64,000 bases of DNA. It comes from Escherichia coli. GTDB taxonomy: Bacteria; Pseudomonadota; Gammaproteobacteria; Enterobacterales; Enterobacteriaceae. Both the position numbers and the translations under genes were made by a program. A model generated the notes under the pieces. It ran no database searches, had not been told where the DNA came from, and was given only the letters and a program-made list of their open reading frames with translations. Every line of letters starts with the position of its first letter. The first letter of the stretch is position 1. Positions 40,945-51,842 of the stretch are shown here, piece after piece. The stretch lies in assembly GCF_024223415.1 (NCBI RefSeq), contig NZ_CP100500.1, one strand, 5' to 3'.

Positions 40945-41689
40945 CCATCTCTCAATCATAACGATTGTCACTCATATGATACTCAGCCATGTTATTTTCT
41001 ACTGCTCTGCTGAGCTTATCTGTCTGTTCTCATCTTCAGTGAAACAGCACCTGATTTTACTCTTATCCATCATGAACTGTCTTTGTTCAACGATGATGGT
41101 ATGTCTGATATGTGTTAACCATTTTGATGGGTATCGTTGATTATCCGATGGTTAAGCTTCGATAAGGTTATCCATAGAACAGTGTGGGGTAAGCAACATG
41201 ATCCCTGATGATATTTGTTCCGTGTTGTCTTGTTGTTTAAGCGACAGGAAATATGTCAATGGCATGTTTTATTCTGCTGCCGTGAGCCATGCATGTTCTG
41301 AAGAACAGATTGAATGAGCGCATGTGAGTTTATTACGTTGGCCTTGTACACGTTTTTTTAGAACCACTGAGAGCAAGTTTGTAGTTTATGATGCTATTGG
41401 TCGTAATATGTTTCTTGAACTTTTGATCGTGGGTTTTTATCTCGTATTTTTCAGCATTTCTCGGTGTTGTATTGCGTCGATATTTTCTTTATTCCCGTTA
41501 ATATCATCTCGTCAGTGTCCATTCCTTTCATCACAATGCGTATCGTTAATAATCTGTTGTATCCATCCGCCTACAGCATGCCTGATAAATACCGTCTGTC
41601 AGTTATTACCGTTTTAGATCTGATTATGAGCGAAGGTATTCATTCGCTGACAGAACTTAAAACGTCATTAACTTACAGGAGTTATCAGC

Positions 41690-42240
41690 ATGCCTCAGTC
41701 TTACACACCAGACTGGTTTTTTACCGCCTTACTTGACCATCACATCGATCAAATGATGGCTCGCTATTCCTGTCTGCGGGCCTTACGGATGGATTTCTTC
41801 TACAGGAAAGAGACGCCTGATTTCTTACAACCTGATCACCGCTGGCTTGAATTGCAGTTGCGTATGCTGCTGGACCAGGTTGAACGGTTTGAAAATATGG
41901 TTGGTTTCTTCTGGGTGATTGAATGGACGGCTGATCATGGTTTTCATGCGCATGTGGTTTTCTGGATCGATCGTCAGAGGGTGAAAAAATATATCCCTTT
42001 GCGGAGCGGATAACCGAATGCTGGCGGGCTATTACGTATAACTGTGGTTCGGCGCACCGCTGTACATACCAGCCGCATTATGCATACAACATCAACATTC
42101 CCGTGCGCCACAACGATCCTGAAAGCATCGATAATATTCGCGGTGCCCTGCATTATCTGGCGAAAGAAGAGCAAAAAGACGGACTGTGTGCATACGGCTG
42201 CAGCGAAGTGCCTGAACGTCCTGCTGCAGGGCGACCACGC
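41690..42240 (+). pseudogene. YagK/YfjJ-family Rep-like gene, frameshifted
   Basis: MPQSYTPDWFF...DHGFHAHVVFWIDRQ (HUH-like HAH) then continues in another frame (...ITYNCGSAHRCTYQPHYAY...ALHYLAKEEQKDG...). Confidence 0.5.
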
Positions 42241-42493
42241 AAGCTTCACGTCTGAAGCTTAAACCCTGAACCTCCGCACCTGGAAACAAGCCATCGGTAA
42301 AAACTTACCGCATTGCTTAATGATGTGAACCGAAGTCAACGGAGTTCATTCACCCTGAATGTTCTTTCCTGATATTCCCGCTCAGCGTCGGTTCTTCACC
42401 TGTTCCATCAACCTCATCCGCAGCCTGTAACCCGTCAGCCCATCCATCCCCGGGCAGGACGCGTTGTGGGCTGCGCATAACGGAGCATATCCT

Positions 42494-43069
42494 ATGAATG
42501 CTTTCCCTTATTTCGACGACAGCATGGCCCCCTTCTGGCCTTCGTATCAGAACAAAGTTATTGGCGTTCTTGACCGTGCGCTGCGTGAGCAGTCCGGCTC
42601 CCGGATACGTCGTATCCTGCTTCGTCTGCCGTGGGAACCCGATAACACCTTCAGCAGCCGCAGGACCTGGTTCGGTATGGCCTTTATTGAAACCGTCAGC
42701 GACCTGATGAATGCAACCCCCGGACGTGACCTCTGCTGGCTCCTGACACGTCATCCTGAAAAGCTGGAATACCACGTGGTGCTGTGCGTCAGGCAGGAGT
42801 ATTTCGACGGCCCTGAACTGGATCGGCTGATTCTGGATGCCTGGAGCAACGTGCTGGGCTTCGCCTCACCGGGGGAAGCGGCACCGTATCAGAAGCAGAT
42901 TACCCGGGATGTGCTGCTGGATCCCCGTTCACCGGACTGCGAGGAACTGTTCAGAGACCTGATCTGGGCGTTCAGTGATTTCGCACGTGATCGCCGGGGG
43001 GTATACGATCCGGAAGCCCGTCACCTCGCCGGTAATCCCTGGTATCCCGGATCAGCAGGACGGCGCTGA
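42494..43069 (+). CDS. YagK/YfjJ-family-like protein
   Basis: Start at the ATG with RBS ggag (MNAFPYFDD...); ...EYHVVLCVRQEYF... region; sits between the frameshifted paralog and alpA. Confidence 0.5.
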   Translation: MNAFPYFDDSMAPFWPSYQNKVIGVLDRALREQSGSRIRRILLRLPWEPDNTFSSRRTWFGMAFIETVSDLMNATPGRDLCWLLTRHPEKLEYHVVLCVRQEYFDGPELDRLILDAWSNVLGFASPGEAAPYQKQITRDVLLDPRSPDCEELFRDLIWAFSDFARDRRGVYDPEARHLAGNPWYPGSAGRR

Positions 43070-43133
43070 ACATCATGTTCAGCCGTTCCCCCGAACTTAC
43101 ACATCCTTCCATTTCACCGAGGATATTCCGACC

Positions 43134-43367
43134 ATGTTGAGCACAACAACATCCCACGACAGCGTATGGTTGCGTGACGACGATCCCCTGATCGACATGA
43201 TTTTCATCACCAGTTTCACCGGCATGACCGACAAATGGTTCTACCAGCTGATGAGCGAAGGCAGGTTCCCGAAGCCCATCAAACTGGGCCGCAGCAGCCG
43301 CTGGTACAGAAGCGAAGTGGAGCAGTGGATGCAGCAGCGCATCGAAGCATCACGGGGAGAAGCATGA
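43134..43367 (+). CDS. alpA: AlpA-family phage regulatory protein (small HTH)
   Basis: 77 aa; ...LIDMIFITSFTGMTDKWFYQLMSEGRFPKPIKLGRSSRWYRSEVEQWM... is the classic AlpA/prophage CP4-57 regulator signature; RBS gagga. Confidence 0.75.
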   Translation: MLSTTTSHDSVWLRDDDPLIDMIFITSFTGMTDKWFYQLMSEGRFPKPIKLGRSSRWYRSEVEQWMQQRIEASRGEA

Positions 43368-43548
43368 AAGGTATTGTGATACCGGTTCGCTGGCAATGTG
43401 CAAACTGCCGGCGCTGGTATTGTGGTAATCCCCCCTGCCCCTGGTGCTGGCGACCTGCTGCACCGTCTGTCATTCCTCATCCTTCGCTGTAACAGGCATC
43501 GTACCGGTGCCGGCGTGCTTTCCTGTGCACCGGCACCGGTTCAGAAAC

Positions 43549-44085
43549 ATGCAAAGAGAGCAAATCGTGCAGATAACCGAAACCGTACTTTCAGAGCCGG
43601 TGGAAATCCGGCGTTTTATTCAGCAGGCGGTGGATCACTGGCCGCGTCTGCTGGCCGTTCAGTTCACACTTCATTCAACAGGAGGAAATTGTGACGGGAG
43701 GCAGATTCATGCGTTTTACTGGGCATTTTACCGACAGCTGAATCAGCGAAGCCATACCGGATATCCGTTACTGCCGGTGGTGCTACGCTGGCTGCGGGAA
43801 ACGACAGAAAGCACAGACAGCACCGGGATACGCTGTCTGTTGCTGATCAGCCAGGATCTCATTTGCCCACCAGGATCCAGAATGACGTCTGATGACGCTG
43901 ATTCGCACCTTGTGGCGTTACTGCAGCAGGCCGGCACCACACTCACGGCAGAAGGGCACTGTACGGTGGTATGCTGTTACAGGGTGGTGCGTGCAGCCAC
44001 ACCTGAAGGCGCTGAGTCACTCACGGCATTCAGAAACGCGTGCCTTTCGTTGGCCAGGCCCGTGATGGCCGGCATCATCCGCTAA
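43549..44085 (+). CDS. hypothetical protein (island-associated), start uncertain
   Basis: ORF 43444..44085; first ATG in a plausible context at 43549 (MQREQIVQITE...); no recognisable motif. Confidence 0.35.
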   Translation: MQREQIVQITETVLSEPVEIRRFIQQAVDHWPRLLAVQFTLHSTGGNCDGRQIHAFYWAFYRQLNQRSHTGYPLLPVVLRWLRETTESTDSTGIRCLLLISQDLICPPGSRMTSDDADSHLVALLQQAGTTLTAEGHCTVVCCYRVVRAATPEGAESLTAFRNACLSLARPVMAGIIR

Positions 44086-44211
44086 GCAACATGATGTATC
44101 CCGGTTCAGCCGCTGAAACCGGCTCCTTCAGCAGCAGACCGGTATGAGGTTGTTCCCCCGGACATTCCTTCGTAGAATCCGTGCTGTGTTCGTACTTCCG
44201 GAGCCGTCGCC

Positions 44212-47057
44212 ATGAAAATCTGTCTTTACCATACCCTGAATCCTGAAACGATCCCGGGCTATAAAAAGTTTGCGCAGGCCATTGAGGCAGATAATTTCGC
44301 GCAGGCGGATGTGCGTAAAATTGATACTAATCTCTACCGGGCACGCCTCAGTATCCGGGATCGGTTGTTGTTTTCACTTTACCGTTACCGTGGTGAGACG
44401 GTCTGCCTGGTACTGGAATATCTGCGTAACCATGCTTACCACACGTCACGTTTTCTGCGCAGGAATGTGGTGATCGACGAGGCGCGGCTGCAGCTGCAAC
44501 CGGTGCCGGATCCGGCAGATGCAGACGCCGGTACACTGACGTATCTCAACCCCACTCACGGGCGTTTTCACTACCTGGATAAAATGCTCTCTTTTGATGA
44601 TGACCAGCAGGCGCTGTATGAACATCCGATGCCACTGGTGATTGTCGGCTCCGCCGGCAGCGGAAAGACGGCACTGTTACTGGAGAAAATGAAGCAGGCC
44701 GGGGGCGATATTCTGTATCTCAGCCTTTCGTCATTTCTGGTGGAAAAAGCCCGCACACTCTATCACGCATCTGGTGAAGAACATGACGGGCAGACCATTG
44801 ATTTTCTGTCGCTGAGCGAGTTTCTGGAAACCCTGCGCATTCCGGAAGGGCGGGAGGTGACGTTCAGTGCGTTCAGCAACTGGCTGCCCCGCAACCGGAC
44901 CACCGCTGCACTGGCCTCTGGCCATACCCTGTATGAGGAATTTCGTGGTGTCATTGGTGCCGTTGCTTCTGACAACGGACCGCTGTCCCGGGAGGCGTAT
45001 CTGTCGCTGGGAGTACGTCAGTCACTTTATGATATGGATGACCGTCCGGCGGTTTACGCCCTGTTTGAGCGTTATGTTGCATGGCTGAAACAGTCGCGTC
45101 AGTATGACAGTAATCTTCTCAGCCACCAGTACCTGCCACTGGCCGGGCACCGTTATGATGTGGTTTTTGTGGATGAAGTGCAGGATATGACGCCTGTGCA
45201 GCTGCGGCTGGTTCTGAAAACCCTGCGTCATCCCGGTCAGTTTGTACTCTGCGGCGATGCCAATCAGATAGTTCATCCCAGCTTTTTTCCTGGAGTGCCC
45301 TCAAAAGCCTCTTTTTCCGGCAGCAACAGAACGAGGCTGCCGTGAATATTCTGCAGGCGAATTACCGTAACGGGCACCATGTCACCGCACTGGCTAACCG
45401 GCTGCTCAGACTTAAACTGGCCCGGTTCAGTGCCATTGACCGGGAAAGTCACCATTTTGTCAGAAGCTGCGGGCAGACGGAAGGCACCATCAGGCTGCTG
45501 GAAGACCGGGAAGCCACCCGCCATGAGCTGAACAGCAAAACCTCCCGCTCAAACCGTGTGGCGGTGATTGTGATGCAGCCGGAGCAGAAAGCACAGGCCC
45601 GGCGCTGGTTCAGTACACCGCTGGTTTTTTCGGTTCAGGAAGTGAAGGGGCTCGAGTACGAAACGGTGATCCTGTACAACATGGTCAGCAGTACCCGTAA
45701 GGCATTTGATGATATCTGCGAAGGGATCAATCCGGCAGATCCTGAGGGTGAGGTGCGTTATGCCCACCCCCGGGACCGGCAGGATCGTTCAGCAGAAATC
45801 TACAGGTTTTTCACCAACGCGCTGTATGTTGCGCTCACCCGTGCCACGCACAACGTGTACCTTGTTGAGCAGGAGGTGGCCCATCCGCTGTGGTCCCTGC
45901 TGGCCCTCACGCATCATGAAACGCAACTGGAGCTGCAGGAAGAGATTTCCAGCCGTGATGAGTGGCAGAAAACCGCTCACCTGCTGGAAAAACAGGGGAA
46001 GCAGGAGCAGGCGGACACCATCCGCAGTATGATCCTGCAGGAGTCAGAAGTACCGTGGCAGATCTTCAGCGCAGAGGATGCGCGGCAGTGGAAACAGCAG
46101 ATCCTCAGCGGGACGGCGGACAAAGCCACGAAACTGCAGGCGCTGGAATACAGCCTGATTTATTCCCTGTTTCCGCTGTATAATGCGCTGTACCGGGAAG
46201 ATTTTAAGCCCACAAGGCAGCCCCGGACCCGGAGCCAGCAGTTACTGGAGCAGAAGTATTTTCGTCCCTACTCAGTGAATAATCCGGTCGCCGTGCTGAG
46301 GGATATTGAACGTTATGGTGTTGATCACCGCTCGCCGTTTAATCTTACGCCGCTGATGCTGGCAGCCCGGGCGGGGAACACGGCGCTGGTTCAGTTGCTG
46401 CTGGATCGTGGTGCCGATCCCACGCTGACGGCAAATGACGGGCTGGCGGCGTATCATCATGTTCTGTCAGCGGCGGTCAGCACGCCCCGTTATGCGCAGC
46501 AGAAGGGGGCACAACTCTATGCCTTGCCGGGACCGGAAAGCCTGTCACTGCAGGTGGAAGGGCGGCTTGTCAAACTGGACAACCGGCAGATGGCAATGTT
46601 TCTGGTGATCCTGATGCAGGCATTGTTTTACACGCATCTGGGGAATGCTCTGGTTTTTTCAGAAGCCTTCAGTGCGGCACGACTGGCAGAGTGTGTCGCC
46701 CACTTTCCTGAAGCCCTGCTGCCGGAACGCCGCAGGCGGAGGAATTATATCAGCAGCCAGCTTTCTCAGCATGAAGTTAACAGCAAGAACCCTTATGGAA
46801 AAAAGCTGTTTCTGCGACTGAGGCATGGTCAGTATATTCTTAATCCGGGGCTGAAAATCAGGCAGAATGACGGGTGGTACCCGGTTTACGACTTGCAGTC
46901 ACCGGAAGATCTCGGTCATGATTTACAGACGTATCTGCAGGACATGCCCCCGTACATTCTGGAGATTCTGGGGGGCAGGAAGGATGTTTACGAACAAAGT
47001 AAGGGGTCTGTCGGATACTGGGTGGCGATGATCCGCCGTCACAGTGGTGAGCCGTAA
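44212..47057 (+). pseudogene. UvrD/Rep-like SF1 helicase with C-terminal ankyrin-like repeat, split by a -1 frameshift
   Basis: ORFs 44212..45345 and 45342..47057 are consecutive parts of one helicase: Walker A GSAGSGKT, Walker B VFVDEVQD, GDANQ, then QANYRN and ALTRA motifs in the second frame; ankyrin-like TPLMLAARAGNTALVQLLLDRGADP; adding one T to the T6 run at 45283-45288 restores a continuous frame. Confidence 0.7.
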
Positions 47058-47125
47058 TGTTCCGCACTGCGCGGATATCCTGAAACATGTTCTGTTAATG
47101 TTACCTGGTTCAGAAGAGATAAACA

Positions 47126-48115
47126 GTGAGCAGCAGGAAAGAGAAAAATACGCCCACGCCGCATGATGCCGCCTTCAGGGCGTTTATGGCCTCAGCAGAG
47201 GTGGCCCGTGATTTTGTTGAACTGCATCTTCCGGCGGAATACCGGCAGTTGTGTGATCTGTCGACGCTGCGGCTGGAGCCCTGTACCTTTGTGGACCAGG
47301 ATCTGAAACAGTATGCGTGCGATGCGCTGTTCAGCATGAAGACCGTCAGCGGTGAGGAGGGGTATATTTATTGCCTCGCGGAACACCAGAGTACGGAAAA
47401 CGCGTTTATGGCGTTCAGGATGCTCAGATATGCGGTGGCGGCGATGCAGCGTCACTTTGAACAGCACCATGAGCTGCCGCTGGTGATCCCGCTGTTATTC
47501 TACCACGGTGAGCGGAGCCCGTACCCGTACAGCATGAACTGGCTGGAGTGTTTCAGAAATCCGGAACTTGCTGCTAAAATCTACACCAGACCGTTCCACC
47601 TGGTGGACGTGACGGTACTGGATGACGATGAGATAATGCAACACCGCCGAATGGGGGCACTGACGCTGCTGATGAAACACAGCCGCAGCCGCGACATCAT
47701 GCTGCAGATGGACAGGCTGGTTCAGCTGATACAGACTTCACTGAATGAAGAGCTGGCGAAGGCTCTGTTCCACTATCTGCTGAACGGCAGTGAACATGTG
47801 ACGGTAAGGTTTTTGCAGACGCTGGCGGAGCGGCTGCCACAGCATGAGGGCAACATAATGACACTGGCTGAACAACTGAAGCAGGAAGGGGAAGTCAAGG
47901 GATTTGAGCGCGGTATTGCCCAGGGTATGGAGCGCGGTAAGCTAGAAGGCAGAATGGAAGGCAGAATGGAAGGCCGTGCCGAAGGGCGACTCGAAGGACA
48001 ACTGGAAGGCAAACTGGAAACGGCGCGTAATATGTTGGCTGAAGGAATGGGGCTTCAGACCATCATGAAAATCACGGGATTGAGTGAAGAACAGCTGAAA
48101 AAAATCAGCCACTGA
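47126..48115 (+). CDS. Rpn-family recombination-promoting nuclease (YhgA-like, PD-(D/E)XK)
   Basis: 329 aa; N-terminal ...HDAAFRAFMASAEVARDFVELHLP... and C-terminal EGRMEGRMEGRAEGRLEGQLEGKLE repeats typical of Rpn/YhgA-like proteins. Confidence 0.8.
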   Translation: MSSRKEKNTPTPHDAAFRAFMASAEVARDFVELHLPAEYRQLCDLSTLRLEPCTFVDQDLKQYACDALFSMKTVSGEEGYIYCLAEHQSTENAFMAFRMLRYAVAAMQRHFEQHHELPLVIPLLFYHGERSPYPYSMNWLECFRNPELAAKIYTRPFHLVDVTVLDDDEIMQHRRMGALTLLMKHSRSRDIMLQMDRLVQLIQTSLNEELAKALFHYLLNGSEHVTVRFLQTLAERLPQHEGNIMTLAEQLKQEGEVKGFERGIAQGMERGKLEGRMEGRMEGRAEGRLEGQLEGKLETARNMLAEGMGLQTIMKITGLSEEQLKKISH

Positions 48116-48588
48116 AGCATTGAGGCGTGATGTATAGCACGCCTCGTTCTGTCTGACAGTATTTTGTTTCCTGTGTATTTGGTCGTTTCAGGTCAACCTT
48201 TGTCGGGAGCCTGGCGTTGGTACCTGCTGAGGAAAGAGGGAACTGGACGCAGAGTGACAGTCTGCGAATTGCAGGAAGAGGATGCGAAAGTGTTCGCTTC
48301 TTCCATTGTGTCCCTGATTTAAATTCGGATACTCAAATCTGAAGCGGTGACTCGTATACGTGTGAGTCACCGGGACTACCGCTTGAGTGATGAAAAATAG
48401 TCGTGTTAACGCAAAGCTGAAGTGACACATCTTATTTCAGCGAATGCGTTTGACCGCCTTACTATACACTTTTGAGCATTCTCTTTTCCTGACGGAAACC
48501 ACGAAGACGACAATCTTCTCGTCTATAACCTGATATACAAGGCAAAAAACCGTCAAGAGCAGGAGCAGGCGGTCCGCCAGACAGTCCA

Positions 48589-48909
48589 TTGCATAAGGCT
48601 ATCAGCTATATCCTGAAACGACCTGATGAGCTGTGCCGTTTTCTGGATGATGGCTCTGTGCCACCGGACAACAATATCTGCGAACGAGCCATCCGCCCGG
48701 TCACGCTGGGGCGAAAGGCATGGTTATTCGCAGGCTCGCTGATGGCCGGCAAACGCGCGGCACAGATAATGAGTCTTCTGGAAACAGCAAAGCGTAATGG
48801 TCTGGAGCCACATGCCTGGCTGACGGACGTACTGACGCGCCTGCCGGAGTGGCCTGAGGACCGACTGGCTGAGCTGCTGCCTCTTGAGGGATTTACCTTC
48901 TCCGGGTGA
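48589..48909 (+). pseudogene. IS66-family transposase C-terminal fragment
   Basis: ...NNICERAIRPVTLGRKAWLFAGSLMAGKRAAQIMSLLETAKRNGLEPHAWLTDVL... matches the conserved IS66 transposase C-terminus; no N-terminal part or accessory genes. Confidence 0.6.
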
Positions 48910-49004
48910 CACAACACCTGCCGTCAGGTCTTTGCACACCGGGCCATGGCCTGCTGTCGGGCGTTGAGCGCCTGACAGCGGGTTATTGAGAAAGTCAGTC
49001 ACCA

Positions 49005-49150
49005 TGCGCCTGGCTGACAGTCAGGACCTGCACGTCAGCGCCTCCCTTACCCTGGTCAGGACTTCACTGCCTGCCACAAACTCCCGTGTCAGTACTTCGC
49101 GGCCTGACGCGCTCACCCTACTCAGTCCTTCAGAGCCCGCCTCCGGTACC
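49005..49150. repeat. four to five degenerate ~34-bp tandem repeats at the sitB truncation point
   Basis: Units beginning gtcaggacctgcacgtcagcgcc..., gtcaggacttcactgcctgcc..., tcagtacttcgcggcctgacg..., tcagtccttcagagcccgcc...; they produce the repetitive tail of ORF 49021..49392. Confidence 0.5.
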
Positions 49151-49257
49151 TGGCAAGGCAGACGCCGGGGCGCAATAAAATAAATCAACCATCGCAGGGC
49201 GGCGATCATTCGCAACAACCGCTGATGACGAGCCCAGAAACGTGTCAAGACGATTTC

Positions 49258-49392
49258 ACCGGAACCGTTTACCCCAAGCAGAGCGGCAATAGATCCGCCT
49301 GGTACTGTGAAGGATGCATCGCGCAGTGCTTTCTGCCCGTTTCGCCAGGTGACAGTAACGCCATTAACGACAATACCCGCAGATTGCATCAT
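49258..49392 (-). pseudogene. sitB: sitB 5' fragment (metal ABC transporter ATPase), truncated
   Basis: MMQSAGIVVNGVTVTWRNGQKALRDASFTVPGGSIAALLGVNGSG then homology is lost inside the Walker A motif. Confidence 0.6.
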
Positions 49393-50306
49393 TACTTCTC
49401 CCTTTTCCCGGCTTTAATTCCCTGCACCAGCGTACTGGTAGTAACCTTCAGAAGGTCGATATACGTAGGTACCGGGCCGTTTTCTGTGCTCAGGGAATCG
49501 ACATAGAGCACACCGCCGTAGTGTGCGCCGGTTTCACGCGCAACCTGACGCGCTGGTTTATCGGAAACCGTACTCTCACTAAATACCGCTGGGATATTAT
49601 TTTTCTTCACTATATCAACCACTTTACGTACCTGCTGGGGGGTTCCTTGTTGATCGGCATTTATCGGCCACAGATAAAGCTCTTTTAGCCCCAAATCGCG
49701 TGCGAGATAAGAAAAAGCCCCTTCACTGGTGACCATCCATCTTTTATTCTCAGGGAGTTCAGCAATCTGCTTACGCAGGGGGGCAAGGGTTTGGGTAATC
49801 TTGGCTTTATAAGTATCGGCATTACGTTGGTATGTTTTTGCATTTGCCGGATCGTATTTTATCAACGCATCACGAATATTATCGACGTAAATCAAAGCAT
49901 TATCTGGCGACATCCAGGCATGAGGGTTAGGTTTTCCCTCGTAGGGGCCTTCGGTGATCCCTACTGGCGTCACACCCGAAGAGACAATCACTTCTGGAAC
50001 ACCACTGAGATGCTGGTAAAAGCGCTGGAACCACAATTCCAGATTCATACCGTTGGCGAGAATCAGTTGTGCCCCCTGCGCACGTTTAATATCGCCAGGG
50101 GTAGGCTGATACTCATGAATTTCTGCACCGGGCCTGGTTATGGATGAGACTTCTGCAGCATCTCCAGCCACGTTTTTGGCCATATCTGCGATGATGGTAA
50201 ATGTTGTAATGACCTTGAATTTTTCAGTTGCACTCGCCTGAAATGCTATCGAGCAGGTGAGGGCGAGGCACCCCAGGAGCATGGTTACTTTTTTTATTGA
50301 GTGCAT
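49392..50306 (-). CDS. sitA: SitA, Mn/Fe ABC transporter periplasmic substrate-binding protein
   Basis: 304 aa with signal peptide; ...EKFKVITTFTIIADMAKNVAGDAAEVSSITRPGAEIHEYQPTPGDIKRAQGAQLILANGMNLE... closely matches recalled SitA. Confidence 0.85.
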   Translation of the reverse strand: MHSIKKVTMLLGCLALTCSIAFQASATEKFKVITTFTIIADMAKNVAGDAAEVSSITRPGAEIHEYQPTPGDIKRAQGAQLILANGMNLELWFQRFYQHLSGVPEVIVSSGVTPVGITEGPYEGKPNPHAWMSPDNALIYVDNIRDALIKYDPANAKTYQRNADTYKAKITQTLAPLRKQIAELPENKRWMVTSEGAFSYLARDLGLKELYLWPINADQQGTPQQVRKVVDIVKKNNIPAVFSESTVSDKPARQVARETGAHYGGVLYVDSLSTENGPVPTYIDLLKVTTSTLVQGIKAGKREK

Positions 50307-50493
50307 AATTCAGTACCTATAGTGAGTAAAATTAGAACAAACATAGCAACGGCTATGTTTTATAGCATAAGCTATACACAATGCAAATGATTATCATTAG
50401 TAATTCAGACCCCAACACAGGCATTAGGTTGTTTCCTGCTGGCGATGTGGTATTGAGGAAAAGCGTAGGACAGATATCAGGCTTTGAAAGTAA

Positions 50494-50700
50494 GTGTTAA
50501 GTTAAGCGAACGCCGTATTGACGCTTACCCCAATGGGAGCACCATATTCCATGGCAGGAGTTCATCAACCATGCAGGAAGGCCATTCCGGTAGAACGTTC
50601 AGGATATGGCGCAGATACGCTTCCGGATCGATACCGTTCAACCGACAGGTTCCGATTAGTCCGTACAGCAGGGTACCACGCATTCCCCCCAGGTCAGTTC
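50494..50700 (-). pseudogene. IS66-family transposase C-terminal fragment
   Basis: Minus-strand translation ...LYGLIGTCRLNGIDPEAYLRHILNVLPEWPSCMVDELLPWNMVLPLG* matches the C-terminus of the intact IS66 TnpC at 12049..13587. Confidence 0.5.
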
Positions 50701-51283
50701 ACGAATTAACACAGTGAGCAGTTCTGGTGAAGAATTTTCCAGCGTCATTTTACCGTGACGGAACGAGATCTTTCAGGCACCTGCACTGACAGTGCTGTGT
50801 GAAGGAGTGGATAAAAGTGGAGTAAGAGCCACCATCGGTTCTTTCTGCTCATCCGGAGTGAGCTCTACAGGTAATAATTCAACGCCAGCGCCAGTAAAGG
50901 ATAGTTAATTTTCATATCTTATCCACCTCCCGGATTATTATGCGATGTTAATTAAAGTGGTGAAAGAATGACAGTAATCACAGAAAATAAAAATAACAGA
51001 CAAAAGACTTTTACTTATTTGATCGTAATATTATCTTAATTGTTCTGGTATTTTTTAGTGTTTTTTTGAAATGTCTGTTACGTGAGAAATTTTTTAAATA
51101 ACAGCAGGAAATGACGCATACAGGTTGTGTGACTGAGTGGATTCTGTGTTGGTATAAAAAGCGAACGTTTACAGTTTTGTCAAATTTTTTGATTATGAAT
51201 GTCAGAAATATCTGGTCAATTGATGGTGTCGACTCAACGATAATAGTTTCTTCATTATCTGTTATCGTTTAACGAGGTTTTTT

Positions 51284-51718
51284 ATGCCAGCAAGAATAAA
51301 TATGTTCTTTACCAGACTGACAGACTACCCGGATACAGGTCTTCTGTTGCTGAGACTGACATTTGGTATATTGATGCTGTTCCATGGTGTGGCCAAAATA
51401 GAGCACGGTGTCAACTGGATTATATCAATGTTGCAGGATGCTGGTTTGCCAGGATTTATTGCCTATGGTGTGTATATTGGTGAAATCGTGGCTCCGGTAC
51501 TTATCATTCTTGGGATATTTACCAGACCTGCTGCTCTGATTTATGCGCTGACACTGATTGTTGCCACGCTTCTGGTCGGAACAGGGAAGTTTTTCACACT
51601 GACTGAAGTAGGGGCGTGGGGGCTTGAAAATGAAATGCTGTATTTCATGGGGGGGATTGCCATTATGTTACTTGGTCCGGGGCAGTATTCTGTATTAACC
51701 AGGACATCACTGAGATAA
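51284..51718 (+). CDS. DoxX-family membrane protein
   Basis: 144 aa, four predicted TM helices; ...GLLLLRLTFGILMLFHGVAKI... typical of DoxX. Confidence 0.7.
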   Translation: MPARINMFFTRLTDYPDTGLLLLRLTFGILMLFHGVAKIEHGVNWIISMLQDAGLPGFIAYGVYIGEIVAPVLIILGIFTRPAALIYALTLIVATLLVGTGKFFTLTEVGAWGLENEMLYFMGGIAIMLLGPGQYSVLTRTSLR

Positions 51719-51842
51719 AGGTTTCCATCTGATTACAGACAGTGTCCTCCGGGGAGTTATAACAAAAAGTGCGCGATCCCGGCAATGAAGGCAAACACGT
51801 CATGACAGCAACGCAAAATAAACCAGGAACGCGCAGTATTTT

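Noticed and set aside
40759-41140. ORFs encoding LYHSITLS repeats
   Set aside because: They are translations of the (cactctat)n microsatellite and pyrimidine-rich repeats; no start context, and the composition is driven by the repeat.
47773-48012. 79-aa minus-strand ORF (PS-rich)
   Set aside because: Antisense translation of the EGRMEG repeat region of the Rpn gene.
49021-49257. Full-length sitB as suggested by ORF 49021..49392
   Set aside because: Only the first ~45 codons resemble an ABC ATPase; the rest is a repeat-derived low-complexity translation.
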